Of a stretch of DNA of 64,000 nucleotides, positions 54,250-63,167 are shown in pieces. The translations under genes and the position numbers were made by a program. The DNA is from Sulfuritalea sp. (GTDB lineage: Bacteria > Pseudomonadota > Gammaproteobacteria > Burkholderiales > Rhodocyclaceae). The notes below the pieces were generated by a model. That model saw nothing but the letters and a program-made list of their open reading frames with translations. It had not been told where the DNA came from and did not search any database. Location: NCBI GenBank assembly GCA_016708585.1, contig JADJFK010000014.1, positions 53,600 to 117,599 on the forward strand, in the 5' to 3' direction. Numbering within the stretch: position 1 is the stretch's first letter; each line of letters begins with the position of its first letter.

Positions 54250-55596
54250 TCAGTAGTCAAACGATTGGTACGGCTTGGAAAACGTCATGTCCCTGGCGAC
54301 AATGACATTGAAGCGATACCCCGGCCGGATCTCCAGAGTTGGTGCGATGTTCATGTTCTTGGCGATCAATTGCGCGGTGACCTGGCCGAGTTGCTGGCCC
54401 AGCGCTTCGCTCATCGCGCTGCTGGCGGTTGGTGCGCCATAGACACTGTTGCCCTGGTTCTGGCCCTGGCTGTAGGTGATCCCGGCGGTCACGGCAGACA
54501 TCAGCAGGGCCGATCCGAACAGGCGCAGGTAATGATTATTCACCTGGTCGGTGAAGCCGGCATAGCCGACACCATCCGCGCCCGGCATGGCGCCGATGTC
54601 GATCGCTTTCCCATCGGGGAAGACGATGCGCTGCCAGGCGACGAGCACGCGCGCCTGGCCGTAGGCGACATCACTCGAGTACCTGCCGACCAGGCGCGAG
54701 CCTTGCGGGATCAACAGATGTTTGCCGGTCGGCGTGTCGTACACGTTTTGCGCGACCTGGGCCATGATCTGGCCGGGTAGTTGGGAGTTGATCCCGGAAA
54801 TCAGCGTTCCCGGGATGACGAATCCGGCCCGCAGCTCAAACGGCGAGCGCGGCGCTTCCAGCCTGGAGTCCAGCTTCCAGCGATCGCCTGGCTCGCCGCT
54901 GCCGAACTGCGCGACGTTGTTCCTGCCGCCCACAGGCGCGGTGGGCAGCAACTGGGGAGATGACGAGGCGGCACCGCCGCCGGCGCCCCCGATGCCGGCA
55001 CCCTGCAGTGTCGCCAGCCGGGCCTTGTAGGCTGCCGTCGGGTCGTCGTGGACCGCGGCCTCGCTTTGCTGTCGTAGGGCGGCCAGACGCGCCAGTGTTT
55101 CTTCCCGGCTACCCGGTGCGCCGGCATAGCCCGCAGCGCCGGGCGCCGAGCCCGCGCTACGCGGGGCAACCATCTGCACCGTGGTCCTGGCCTTCACCGC
55201 CTCTTCGAGCTGCTGCATCTTCGCCATACGGATGCGATTCAGTTCCTCGTCACGGGAGCCGCTCTGGGGCGTGCCACCGCCGGCCGAGGTCGGTGGCTTT
55301 GGCGGTGTGTCGAGGTTGTCCGGGCGTGCAATCAGCACGGCGCCGTCGGTGGTCGCGGGCGGGGAGAGTTCCGGAACTTGCAGCGGCTTCGCGGCTGCCG
55401 GTGGAATGATTCCATCCTTCTGTGTGCCGGCGATCTCGCTGGCGAACAGGCTGGTATTGCCACCCTTCTCCTTCGGCCCGCCGTTGGGCTTGTTCTGCTG
55501 GGCAGCACGGTCCGCAGCCACCAGCACCATGATGCCCAGGAACACGGTCATGACGCCGCCGACGAGGTACATCGGCAGGTTATTCACCCGGCGCAC
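54250..55596 (-). CDS. trbI: TrbI (VirB10-like)
   Basis: GTG start, N-terminal TM segment, Pro-rich linker, and a conserved C-terminal domain (RLEAPRSPFELRAGFVIPGTLISGINSQLPGQI). Confidence 0.85.
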   Translation of the reverse strand: MRRVNNLPMYLVGGVMTVFLGIMVLVAADRAAQQNKPNGGPKEKGGNTSLFASEIAGTQKDGIIPPAAAKPLQVPELSPPATTDGAVLIARPDNLDTPPKPPTSAGGGTPQSGSRDEELNRIRMAKMQQLEEAVKARTTVQMVAPRSAGSAPGAAGYAGAPGSREETLARLAALRQQSEAAVHDDPTAAYKARLATLQGAGIGGAGGGAASSSPQLLPTAPVGGRNNVAQFGSGEPGDRWKLDSRLEAPRSPFELRAGFVIPGTLISGINSQLPGQIMAQVAQNVYDTPTGKHLLIPQGSRLVGRYSSDVAYGQARVLVAWQRIVFPDGKAIDIGAMPGADGVGYAGFTDQVNNHYLRLFGSALLMSAVTAGITYSQGQNQGNSVYGAPTASSAMSEALGQQLGQVTAQLIAKNMNIAPTLEIRPGYRFNVIVARDMTFSKPYQSFDY

Positions 55597-55673
55597 GCCG
55601 GATTTTCTGGAGAGTTCGCCGGGCGACGCCTCGGGGACGTCTGGTCTTCGGTCACGTGGTCAACCATCGCCGG

Positions 55674-56105
55674 TCACTCCTTGCGAACCCAGGCACCGGC
55701 CGGCGCCACGCGGTCATTCTGTGCCAGGTAGGCGCGGCTGAGCGATTTCTGCCCCACCATCACCGTGACGCGGTAAAGATTCGGACTGGCCACTGCGTCG
55801 AGCACGTAGTGCAGGCTCAGCCCTGGCGCAGTTGCCGGCGCGGCTTCCTTGACCTCCACGAGCGCGTAGCCCTTGGCCCGCAGCGCTTCCACCAGGGCGC
55901 TGCCATAGGCATCCGGCGTCGGCTGGCCGAGATGGAAGCGCGTTCTTGCCGGCGGGTACAGGGCGACCAGCTGCTTCACCGTGTCGGCAGCGATCCTTTC
56001 CTCGAGGCCGGCCGGGGGCTCGGTCGCGAAGTTGCCGTAGGGCGCGGTCGACGCGCAACCGGCCAGAGCCATCACCAGGAACGCGGAGAGGGCGAACTGG
56101 CGCAT
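55674..56105 (-). CDS. trbH: TrbH lipoprotein
   Basis: Lipobox LAGC. It lies between trbG and trbI, as in RP4. Confidence 0.65.
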   Translation of the reverse strand: MRQFALSAFLVMALAGCASTAPYGNFATEPPAGLEERIAADTVKQLVALYPPARTRFHLGQPTPDAYGSALVEALRAKGYALVEVKEAAPATAPGLSLHYVLDAVASPNLYRVTVMVGQKSLSRAYLAQNDRVAPAGAWVRKE

Positions 56106-56107
56106 GG

Positions 56108-56999
56108 CTATTTCCCCCTTTGAATTGTCACGCGATCCTGTGACGAGCCGACGCCGGCGATCAGGATTGCCTTGTCGAACACGCTATCGACGATGTAGCG
56201 GTCGCCCTGAACGCGGTAATTGACCATCACGGTTTCATCGTCGGTGAACACGCCGCCGTCCTTGCGCACCACCAGCAGCGCCGGCGCTTCGGTCTGGGCC
56301 ATCGTCGACGGCATCTGAATGATGGTCTTGCGGCCATCGTTGTAGACCCGCACCGGTTTCCAGGCCGCGCTGCCCGATACCTCGTACTCGAAGCTCAGGT
56401 TGCCCATGTACTCGCGGGTTTCCGGCATCGTCCGGTCTTCGCGATCCCTCCCTTCGCGGATCTTGAGCGCTTCCCACTTCGCCATCGCCTCCTCGGGGTA
56501 GGTGAAGGCCACCTGCGGCATGTACTGGGTGCGATGCGAGCGCAGCCGCAGGTGGTACGTGCGGCGGTTGGTGGTCACGACCATCGACGTTTCCAGGCCG
56601 ACGTCCAGCGGCTTGATGATCAGGTGCTGCACTTCGCCGCCACCGCTGCCGGTGACGGCCGGTTCGCCCGTCCAGCGGGCGGTATCGCCGAGGTTGATCG
56701 AGTTGACCTGCTCGCCGGCCTGCAGGGCGACGTCGCACACTTGCAGCACCGCGCAGACGATACTCGGTTGCTGCGCGCCGTACAGGAACTTGATCGAACC
56801 GTTGGGCCCGGTCACCGGGGCAATGCCCTTTGGCCCTCGGGTTCTTCCACTTCTCGGCGATGGCAATGGCCGCCTTCTCCTGCGGCGTCAGGGTCGGGTT
56901 CTTGTCCGAAAAATACAGCTCGGTCAGGTGGTCGCCCGGGGCTGCCAGGACAATGGCGGAAGCGACGCCAGGGAGCAGGGCGAAGAGCGGTTTTTTCAT
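56108..56999 (-). pseudogene. trbG: TrbG (VirB9-like) with a frameshift
   Basis: The N-terminal part (MKKPLFALLPG...AIAIAEKWKNP, AAGGAG SD) and the C-terminal part (GIAPVTGPNGSIKFLYGAQQPSIVCAVLQVCDV...) are in different frames. They are joined by 10 nt (56837-56846). Confidence 0.7.
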
Positions 57000-57012
57000 G
57001 AGGGCTCCTTTC

Positions 57013-57786
57013 TTAAAGCTGCTTCGCCCAGGAGAAGTCACGGACGTACAGGCCGATCGGATTGTTGCGGATCTGTTCTTCGCTGGTGCTGGTGGTCGGT
57101 TCGGCGACATAGACCGTCACCAGGGCGCGCATGCGGAAGGGCTGGCCCTTCAGGATCCCCTGGCGGTCGCGGCTGGTCTCGACCCAGTCGACCTGCCAGG
57201 TTTCCGGCGTTTGCGGCAGCACCGAGGCGATCTCGATGCTGACCGTCTCCTTGGCGGCCCGCTTGAACGGGCTGGATTCTTCGGCGCCGTTCAGCCATTC
57301 GTTCATCCTGGCCGTGGCCGGGTCGTTCGGTGCCAGCATCGAGTACACGCGGAACACCGCCTTGCGCTGCAGGGCCACGTCGGGTGTCACCAGGCGGGCG
57401 TCGGCGATGAAGGAAGCCACCGACGCTTCGATCACCCGGGCATCGGCCGGCGCGGCGCGATCGGCCGGCGCCACGGCCACGGCCTGCCCGAGCCTGTCGA
57501 CCTGGACGACATACGGCACGAACTTCGATTGGCTGCCGATGTGGATGATGCCGCCGACGCCCGCCAGCGCGATCAACAGCGACAGGATGCCGATCACCTG
57601 CCAGGTCTGGCGCGACGACACGACGCCGCCGACATGGTCGTTCCAGGTCCGGCGAGCAGCCAGGTAGGGGTTCTCGCTTTCGTCCTGGCGGAACCCCCAG
57701 GTCGTCGGTTCATTGGCGCTTTGGCGATCGGCGTCCGCTGCGGGCTTCCGGCCGATCAGGCGCTTGATCTGGTCTGCGAAGTTCAT
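57013..57786 (-). CDS. trbF: TrbF (VirB8-like)
   Basis: Start MNFADQIKRL at 57786 overlaps the trbE stop (ATGA). One TM segment plus a VirB8-like domain. Confidence 0.85.
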   Translation of the reverse strand: MNFADQIKRLIGRKPAADADRQSANEPTTWGFRQDESENPYLAARRTWNDHVGGVVSSRQTWQVIGILSLLIALAGVGGIIHIGSQSKFVPYVVQVDRLGQAVAVAPADRAAPADARVIEASVASFIADARLVTPDVALQRKAVFRVYSMLAPNDPATARMNEWLNGAEESSPFKRAAKETVSIEIASVLPQTPETWQVDWVETSRDRQGILKGQPFRMRALVTVYVAEPTTSTSEEQIRNNPIGLYVRDFSWAKQL

Positions 57787-60341
57787 GTGGTCACTCCATA
57801 GGTGTCCAGCGTCAATCCCCGCCCGGCCAGCCACTCGTGCACCCAGCCATCGCCCAGCTTGCTTTCCAGATGCTGGATGGTGGCCAGCGATTCCTTGTCG
57901 GAGGCACCGACGAAGGCGAGCGCCAGGGGGCCGAGGGCGAGGTCGTACAGGCGGCGGCCGTTCTCCGAGACGTAGTAGTACTGACGCTTGGGAACGGCCG
58001 TCGCCAGAATCTCGATCTGCCGGGTGTTGAGGCCCATGCGGCGGTAGAGGGCTGCGGTGTCCTCGTCGCGGGCATAGAGGTTGGGCAGGAAGATCTTGGT
58101 CGCCGTCGATTCGACGATCACATCCAGAATGCCTGAATTGGCGGCGTCGGAGAGACTTTGCGTGGCCATCAGCACCAGGCAGTTGGCCTTGCGCAAGGTC
58201 TTGAGCCATTCCCTGATCTTGGCGCGAAAGGCCGGGTGCCCGAGCATCAACCAGGCCTCGTCCAGCATGATCACGGCCGGCTGGCCGTGCAGCGCGCGCT
58301 CGATGCGCCGGAAGAGGTAGAGCAGCACCGGCAGCGCGTACTTCTCGCCGAGGTTCATCAACTCGTCGATCTCGAAGACGGTGAAATCGGAGAACGACAA
58401 GCCATCCTCTTCGGCGTCCAGCAGGTGCCCCATGGCGCCATCGACGGTGTACTGACGGATCGCGTCGCGGATCGCTTCGTCCTGGATGGTGACCGAGAAT
58501 TCGGACAGGGTGCGGCCGCCGCTGGCGTGCAGGCTGAGGATCGCATGGCCGATCTCGTTGCGCTGCGCCGGCGTGGTGTGCAGGTCGTTCAAGGCCAGGA
58601 GGGTGTCGATCCACTCCATCGCCCAGGCGCGGTCGCCCTTGGTTTCGAGGAACTGCAGCGGGCAGAAGGCCAGCTGATCATCGTCGGCTGCCACCGTGAA
58701 GTGCAGACCACTGGCGCCTCGGGTCTGGGCGCGGATGGCGGCAGCGAGCGGGTACATTGCCATGCCCTTGTCGAAGGCGAAGATCGACATGCCGGCGTAG
58801 CGGCGAAGCTGCGCGGCGAGGATGCCGAGGTGCGTCGATTTGCCGGTACCGGTCGGGCCGAATAGGAAGGTATGGCCGAGGTCACGCACGTGCAGGTTGA
58901 GGCGGAACGGCGTCGCGCCGTGGGTGACGCAGTGCATCAGCGCCGGCGCGAGTGGCGGGTACATCGGGCAAGGGGCGGCGTTGCTGCCGGTCCAGATGGT
59001 GCTCGTCGGCAGCAGATCGGCCAGGTTCAGGGTGTTGATCAGCGGCCGGCGGACGTTTTCCACGCCGTGGCCGGGCAGGCTGCCGAGGTAGGCGTCCATG
59101 GTGTTGATGGTCTCGATGCGGGCGGCGAAGCCGAGGCGGTTGACGGCCTTTTCCACCTGGCGGGCAGACGCTTCCAGGCGGCTGCGATCCTCGTCCATGA
59201 GCACGACGACGCTGGTGTAGTAGCCTTGCGCCACCAGGCCGCTATTGACTTCAGCGATCGCCGCTTCGGCGTCGGCGACCATCGACAGCGCGTCCTGATC
59301 GATCGGCCCGAGGTGAGTGTTGAAGACCTGGTCGAAGAAGCCACGGATCTTCTGCCGCCACTTCTTGCGGAACTTGTCGAGGTGCTTCACCGCCTCGTGC
59401 GTGTCCATGAAGAGGAAACGCGACGACCAGCGATATTCGCAGGCCAGCTCGCCGAGGGCGGTCAACATGCCCGGCGTCGATTCCAGCGGGAAGCCTTCGA
59501 TGGCGACGACCTGGATGAACTTGCGGCCGACCTTCGGCACGACGCCGGTCCACAGTTCCTGCCCACCGATGAGCGCGTCCAGGTACATCGGGTTGCTCGG
59601 CAACTGCAGCGGATGATTCATGCCGGTGACGCAGAACTGCAGCCAGCGCAGGAAGTCATCGTGGGTGACTTCCGATCCGTCCTCGTTGACCACCTGGTGG
59701 CCGCGTAGCCGCTGCAGCTCCACCGCCGACGACAGGCGCGACTCGATGCTGACGCACTCGCGCTTGAAGAACTCGATCAAGCCGCGGGTGTGGGCCTTGT
59801 GGTCGGGTGCCTTGGCGTCATCGTCGAACATCAGCTCGACGAACTTGCGCTGCGCGAGCAGCGCCGGGAACCAGGTCAGCGTCAGCACGTAGTAGCCTTC
59901 GTACATCGTGCCCAGACCCTCGAACAGTTGCCGCCGCTCCTCGTCGATCGCTGCCGATACCCCGTCGGGAAAATGGGAGGTGCCACGATCGAGATAGTTG
60001 GGTGCTGGCAGCCGTGCTGCATCGACGTGCACCATCCAGCCATTGCCGAGCCCGGACAGCGCCTGGTTGATGCGCAACGAAACGGCCTCGCGTTGCTCGT
60101 CGGTGCTGCTGGCGTTGTCGGCGCCCTTGTACAGCCAGGCGGCCATGAAGGCGCCGTTCTTGCCGACCATCACGCCATCATCGACCAGCGCGGCGTAGTT
60201 GAGCAGATCGGCCAGCCCGGCATCCCGCGAGCGGTGCTTTTTGAGCTTCAGTTCCTCGTCGACCGCACGGATGCGGGCGTAGAGGACGAGCAGCAGCAGG
60301 GCGCCGAGGGTGGCAATGGCGAAGGCAATGCCGGCGATCAT
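57783..60341 (-). CDS. trbE: TrbE (VirB4 ATPase)
   Basis: 852 aa. Walker A GPTGTGKST and Walker B VIMLDEAW. Confidence 0.95.
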   Translation of the reverse strand: MIAGIAFAIATLGALLLLVLYARIRAVDEELKLKKHRSRDAGLADLLNYAALVDDGVMVGKNGAFMAAWLYKGADNASSTDEQREAVSLRINQALSGLGNGWMVHVDAARLPAPNYLDRGTSHFPDGVSAAIDEERRQLFEGLGTMYEGYYVLTLTWFPALLAQRKFVELMFDDDAKAPDHKAHTRGLIEFFKRECVSIESRLSSAVELQRLRGHQVVNEDGSEVTHDDFLRWLQFCVTGMNHPLQLPSNPMYLDALIGGQELWTGVVPKVGRKFIQVVAIEGFPLESTPGMLTALGELACEYRWSSRFLFMDTHEAVKHLDKFRKKWRQKIRGFFDQVFNTHLGPIDQDALSMVADAEAAIAEVNSGLVAQGYYTSVVVLMDEDRSRLEASARQVEKAVNRLGFAARIETINTMDAYLGSLPGHGVENVRRPLINTLNLADLLPTSTIWTGSNAAPCPMYPPLAPALMHCVTHGATPFRLNLHVRDLGHTFLFGPTGTGKSTHLGILAAQLRRYAGMSIFAFDKGMAMYPLAAAIRAQTRGASGLHFTVAADDDQLAFCPLQFLETKGDRAWAMEWIDTLLALNDLHTTPAQRNEIGHAILSLHASGGRTLSEFSVTIQDEAIRDAIRQYTVDGAMGHLLDAEEDGLSFSDFTVFEIDELMNLGEKYALPVLLYLFRRIERALHGQPAVIMLDEAWLMLGHPAFRAKIREWLKTLRKANCLVLMATQSLSDAANSGILDVIVESTATKIFLPNLYARDEDTAALYRRMGLNTRQIEILATAVPKRQYYYVSENGRRLYDLALGPLALAFVGASDKESLATIQHLESKLGDGWVHEWLAGRGLTLDTYGVTT

Positions 60342-60649
60342 TGGTACTGCTTCCCCTGGCTGGCCGGGTTTTCCCGGAACGGCGTGCTGCGCGCCGGGTA
60401 ATACGGCTTGTAGCGACGGTGCCGCAGGTACACGTGGCGCATCCGGGGATCTGCCTTGGCCATGATCCGCAGCGCGTAGAGCGCGCCGAACCAGAGCAGC
60501 AGGCCGACGACCGTGGCCCGCAGCTCCTGCGCGCTGAAGACCAGCGCGAAGGCCAGCAGACCCGAGAACATGACCAGTTCACGATCGCCGCCCATGAACA
60601 GGTTGTCCCGATTGCCGGCCCGCCGAATGGGGATCTTGCGCAGCGCCAT
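60338..60649 (-). CDS. trbD: TrbD (VirB3-like)
   Basis: 103 aa. RAGNRDNLFMGGDRELVMFSGLLAFALVF. Confidence 0.85.
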   Translation of the reverse strand: MALRKIPIRRAGNRDNLFMGGDRELVMFSGLLAFALVFSAQELRATVVGLLLWFGALYALRIMAKADPRMRHVYLRHRRYKPYYPARSTPFRENPASQGKQYQ

Positions 60650-60651
60650 GC

Positions 60652-61074
60652 TCAGGCGAGCCTTCCCGGAGCGATCCCGCCGGAGAGCTTGACCGCGTCG
60701 AACGCGCCTTCACCGAGGGCGGCGATTTCCGCGCCACGGCCGAAGAAGCTGCTCATCATGTTTTGCGCGCCAACCAGCAGGGCCATGACGAGAACGACGA
60801 AGATCAAGGTGCGGAAGAAGCCGTTCAGGTCGCCACCGAAGATCAGCACGCCACCCGCCACGACGATGCCGATCATCGCCAGCGCGAACGCGACCGGGCC
60901 GGTGACCGAGTTGCGGAGGTTGGTCAGCCAGCTTTCATAGGGCAGCGACCCGCCGGTGCCTTCCGCTGCGAAGACGTGTTGCGGGACCAGCAAGAACACC
61001 AGCAGCAGGATCGCCAGTCCGCAATAGAACAGGGTCGAACGGGCGAGCGGGTAGGGAAGGGCGGACGAGTGCAT
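60652..61074 (-). CDS. trbC: TrbC pilin precursor (VirB2-like)
   Basis: 140 aa with a long signal peptide, two hydrophobic helices and a C-terminal AEIA processing-like region. Confidence 0.8.
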   Translation of the reverse strand: MHSSALPYPLARSTLFYCGLAILLLVFLLVPQHVFAAEGTGGSLPYESWLTNLRNSVTGPVAFALAMIGIVVAGGVLIFGGDLNGFFRTLIFVVLVMALLVGAQNMMSSFFGRGAEIAALGEGAFDAVKLSGGIAPGRLA

Positions 61075-61087
61075 GGGGCTGGCTCCT

Positions 61088-62050
61088 TTACAGAGGACGA
61101 GTGAGGTAAGCGCCGTCGGCGTAGCCGGCCACTTCCAGGATCTCCTGAACGCAGCGGCCTTCGGGGGTGCGGGCGATATGGACGATGACGTGCACCGCTT
61201 CGCCGATCAGCGGTTCGATCGGCCGGGGTGATTCCGGGTGCATGCTGATCAGCATGGCGAGGCGGTCCAGCCCCGACCTCGCGTTGTTGGCGTGGAGGGT
61301 GGCGGCACCGCCTTCGTGGCCGGTGTTCCAGGCCATCAGCAGGTCCAGCGCTTCGGGGCCGCGCACTTCGCCGACCAGGATCCGGTCGGGCCGCATGCGC
61401 AGGGTGGTCTTGAGAAGCATGGTCATCGTGACTTCGAGCGAGGTGTGGTACTGCACGAAGTTCTCGGCGGCACACTGGATCTCGCCGGTGTCCTCGATGA
61501 TGAAAACGCGCTCGGCCGGATCGAACTCGACCATGGCATTGATGATCGCGTTGACCAGCGTGGTCTTGCCGGAGCCGGTGCCACCGATCACCAGGATGTT
61601 CCGGTGCGCCTTGATGGCGGCCGTCAGGGTCGCCTGCTGCGCGGCGGTCATGATCCCGGCCGCGACGTACTGGTCGAGTGTGAAGATGGCCACGGCCTTC
61701 TTGCGGATGGCGAAAGTCGGCGCGGGGACGACCGGCGGAAGCTGGCCGGCGAAGCGCGAGCCATCAATCGGCAGCTCGCCTTCGAGAATCGGCTTGTGCC
61801 GCGTCACTTCCTTGCTGTGATAGCCGGCAACGGTCTTGATGATCGCTTCGGCGCGCGCGAAGGGAATGCTGCCAATGCAGCGCATCTTCTCGCCCAGCCG
61901 CTCCTGCCACAGCCTGCCGTCGGCATTGAGCATCATCTCGACGGTCCTGGGGTCGGCCAGGGCGTCCATCATGAGCGGTCCCAGATCACGCTCCAGCTTC
62001 CTCTTCGCCCGATCCTTGAGGGAAGAAACGGATTCTTCGATGTCTGTCAT
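61088..62050 (-). CDS. trbB: TrbB (VirB11-family traffic ATPase)
   Basis: Walker [10 protein letters not shown]. Motifs [13 protein letters not shown] and [14 protein letters not shown]. Confidence 0.9.
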   Translation of the reverse strand: MTDIEESVSSLKDRAKRKLERDLGPLMMDALADPRTVEMMLNADGRLWQERLGEKMRCIGSIPFARAEAIIKTVAGYHSKEVTRHKPILEGELPIDGSRFAGQLPPVVPAPTFAIRKKAVAIFTLDQYVAAGIMTAAQQATLTAAIKAHRNILVIGGTGSGKTTLVNAIINAMVEFDPAERVFIIEDTGEIQCAAENFVQYHTSLEVTMTMLLKTTLRMRPDRILVGEVRGPEALDLLMAWNTGHEGGAATLHANNARSGLDRLAMLISMHPESPRPIEPLIGEAVHVIVHIARTPEGRCVQEILEVAGYADGAYLTRPL

Positions 62051-62348
62051 GTATCGATCCCGGTTTGCTTCGGTTGAATGTCAACCTTCGACCTGCTAGA
62101 TACGATATAACGAATTGCAGAATTGCGCAAGACAACGATTATGGTGAACAAGAACGCGGCCGTGTGCAACTACCAGGCGACGTCGACGGGGCGGATAGCG
62201 GGTACTGGCGTTGAGGATGTGTTTCTACGTGGTTCTTTGTGACAAGCCGAGGCGCTCGTCAGGCGTGGATCATGGAATCCGGAACTGGGCGTGGTCGGCG
62301 CGGAATGCGCCTTTGCGGGGGAGGAGACAGCGAGGGGGTAGGGAGGGC

Positions 62349-62361
62349 TTCAGCGGCTAAA
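62349..62361. promoter_or_regulatory. KorB operator-like site (one mismatch)
   Basis: TTCAGCGGCTAAA versus the consensus TTTAGCSGCTAAA. It lies about 300 bp upstream of trbB. Confidence 0.45.
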
Positions 62362-62376
62362 GGCCCTCACCTGGCG

Positions 62377-62706
62377 TCAGGACGGTTTGCGCAACTTGCT
62401 CCGTGCCGCTTCGTCCCACTTCTTGACGATGAACGCCTGATGTTCCGGCAGGACTGCCGACACCCGCACAACGCCTTCGGGAAGGCTTCGCGGGGCGCTC
62501 CCGCCCGCCAGGGCATCCAGGCTCTCGCGGTCAAGGTCGGTCGATTCCAGGAGAGTCTGCAGCGGCGTTTCCAGGGCTTCCGCGATCGCCTCCATGATCT
62601 TCAAGGAAGGGTTCGCCTTGCCATTGGTCAGGTCGGACAGGAAAGAGATGGAGATGTCGGCCTTTGCGGCCAGTTCGTTCTTCGTCATGCCGCGTTCGTC
62701 GAGCAA
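62377..62706 (-). CDS. trbA: TrbA-like XRE-family HTH repressor
   Basis: LLDERGMTKNELAAKADISISFLSDLTNGKANPSLKIMEAIAEAL. It lies upstream of trbB in the same orientation as in RP4. TTG start, with an alternative ATG at 62688. Confidence 0.65.
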   Translation of the reverse strand: MLDERGMTKNELAAKADISISFLSDLTNGKANPSLKIMEAIAEALETPLQTLLESTDLDRESLDALAGGSAPRSLPEGVVRVSAVLPEHQAFIVKKWDEAARSKLRKPS

Positions 62707-62779
62707 GCGAAGGATGTTCGTGAAAAGATTTGGTTGTGCACAGTGCCCGTCGCCATCCGGTGGTGCGGCTTCTCTGAAA

Positions 62780-62792
62780 TTTAGCCGCTAAA
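62780..62792. promoter_or_regulatory. KorB operator (OB)
   Basis: TTTAGCCGCTAAA is an exact match to the IncP-1 consensus TTTAGCSGCTAAA. Confidence 0.65.
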
Positions 62793-62812
62793 GTTCTTGA
62801 TCTTGGGATACG

Positions 62813-62824
62813 GTTTAGCTAAAT
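62813..62824. promoter_or_regulatory. KorA operator (OA)-like site
   Basis: GTTTAGCTAAAT versus the consensus GTTTAGCTAAAC (one mismatch). Confidence 0.55.
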
Positions 62825-63167
62825 CGCGGTTTGATGCCATCAGGAGAAGTTGGTTTCCAGCCCACGCAGGCCACTCAATCAGCAACCCGGCCTGTCGACA
62901 TGACAGGCCGACAGCCGACAATGATCGGCGTCGTATGTGCCCTTCACGATCCCCCGAAAAATCGAAAGCAAAAATCACGCCGTATTACCGCGTACGCTTA
63001 AAATCAATGACTTGCTTCTGGTTTCTGGAAAAAGAAAAAGCCAACTGTAAAAATAGTCGACAGTCATTCGCAATCCTCTGGCGGTGCTGGGGGTTGGGCG
63101 TGACCAGTGCTTTTGGGTATTTTGGGTTGCAGGCGGCCGGCATATCCACTGCGGAGTGTGCATTGCT

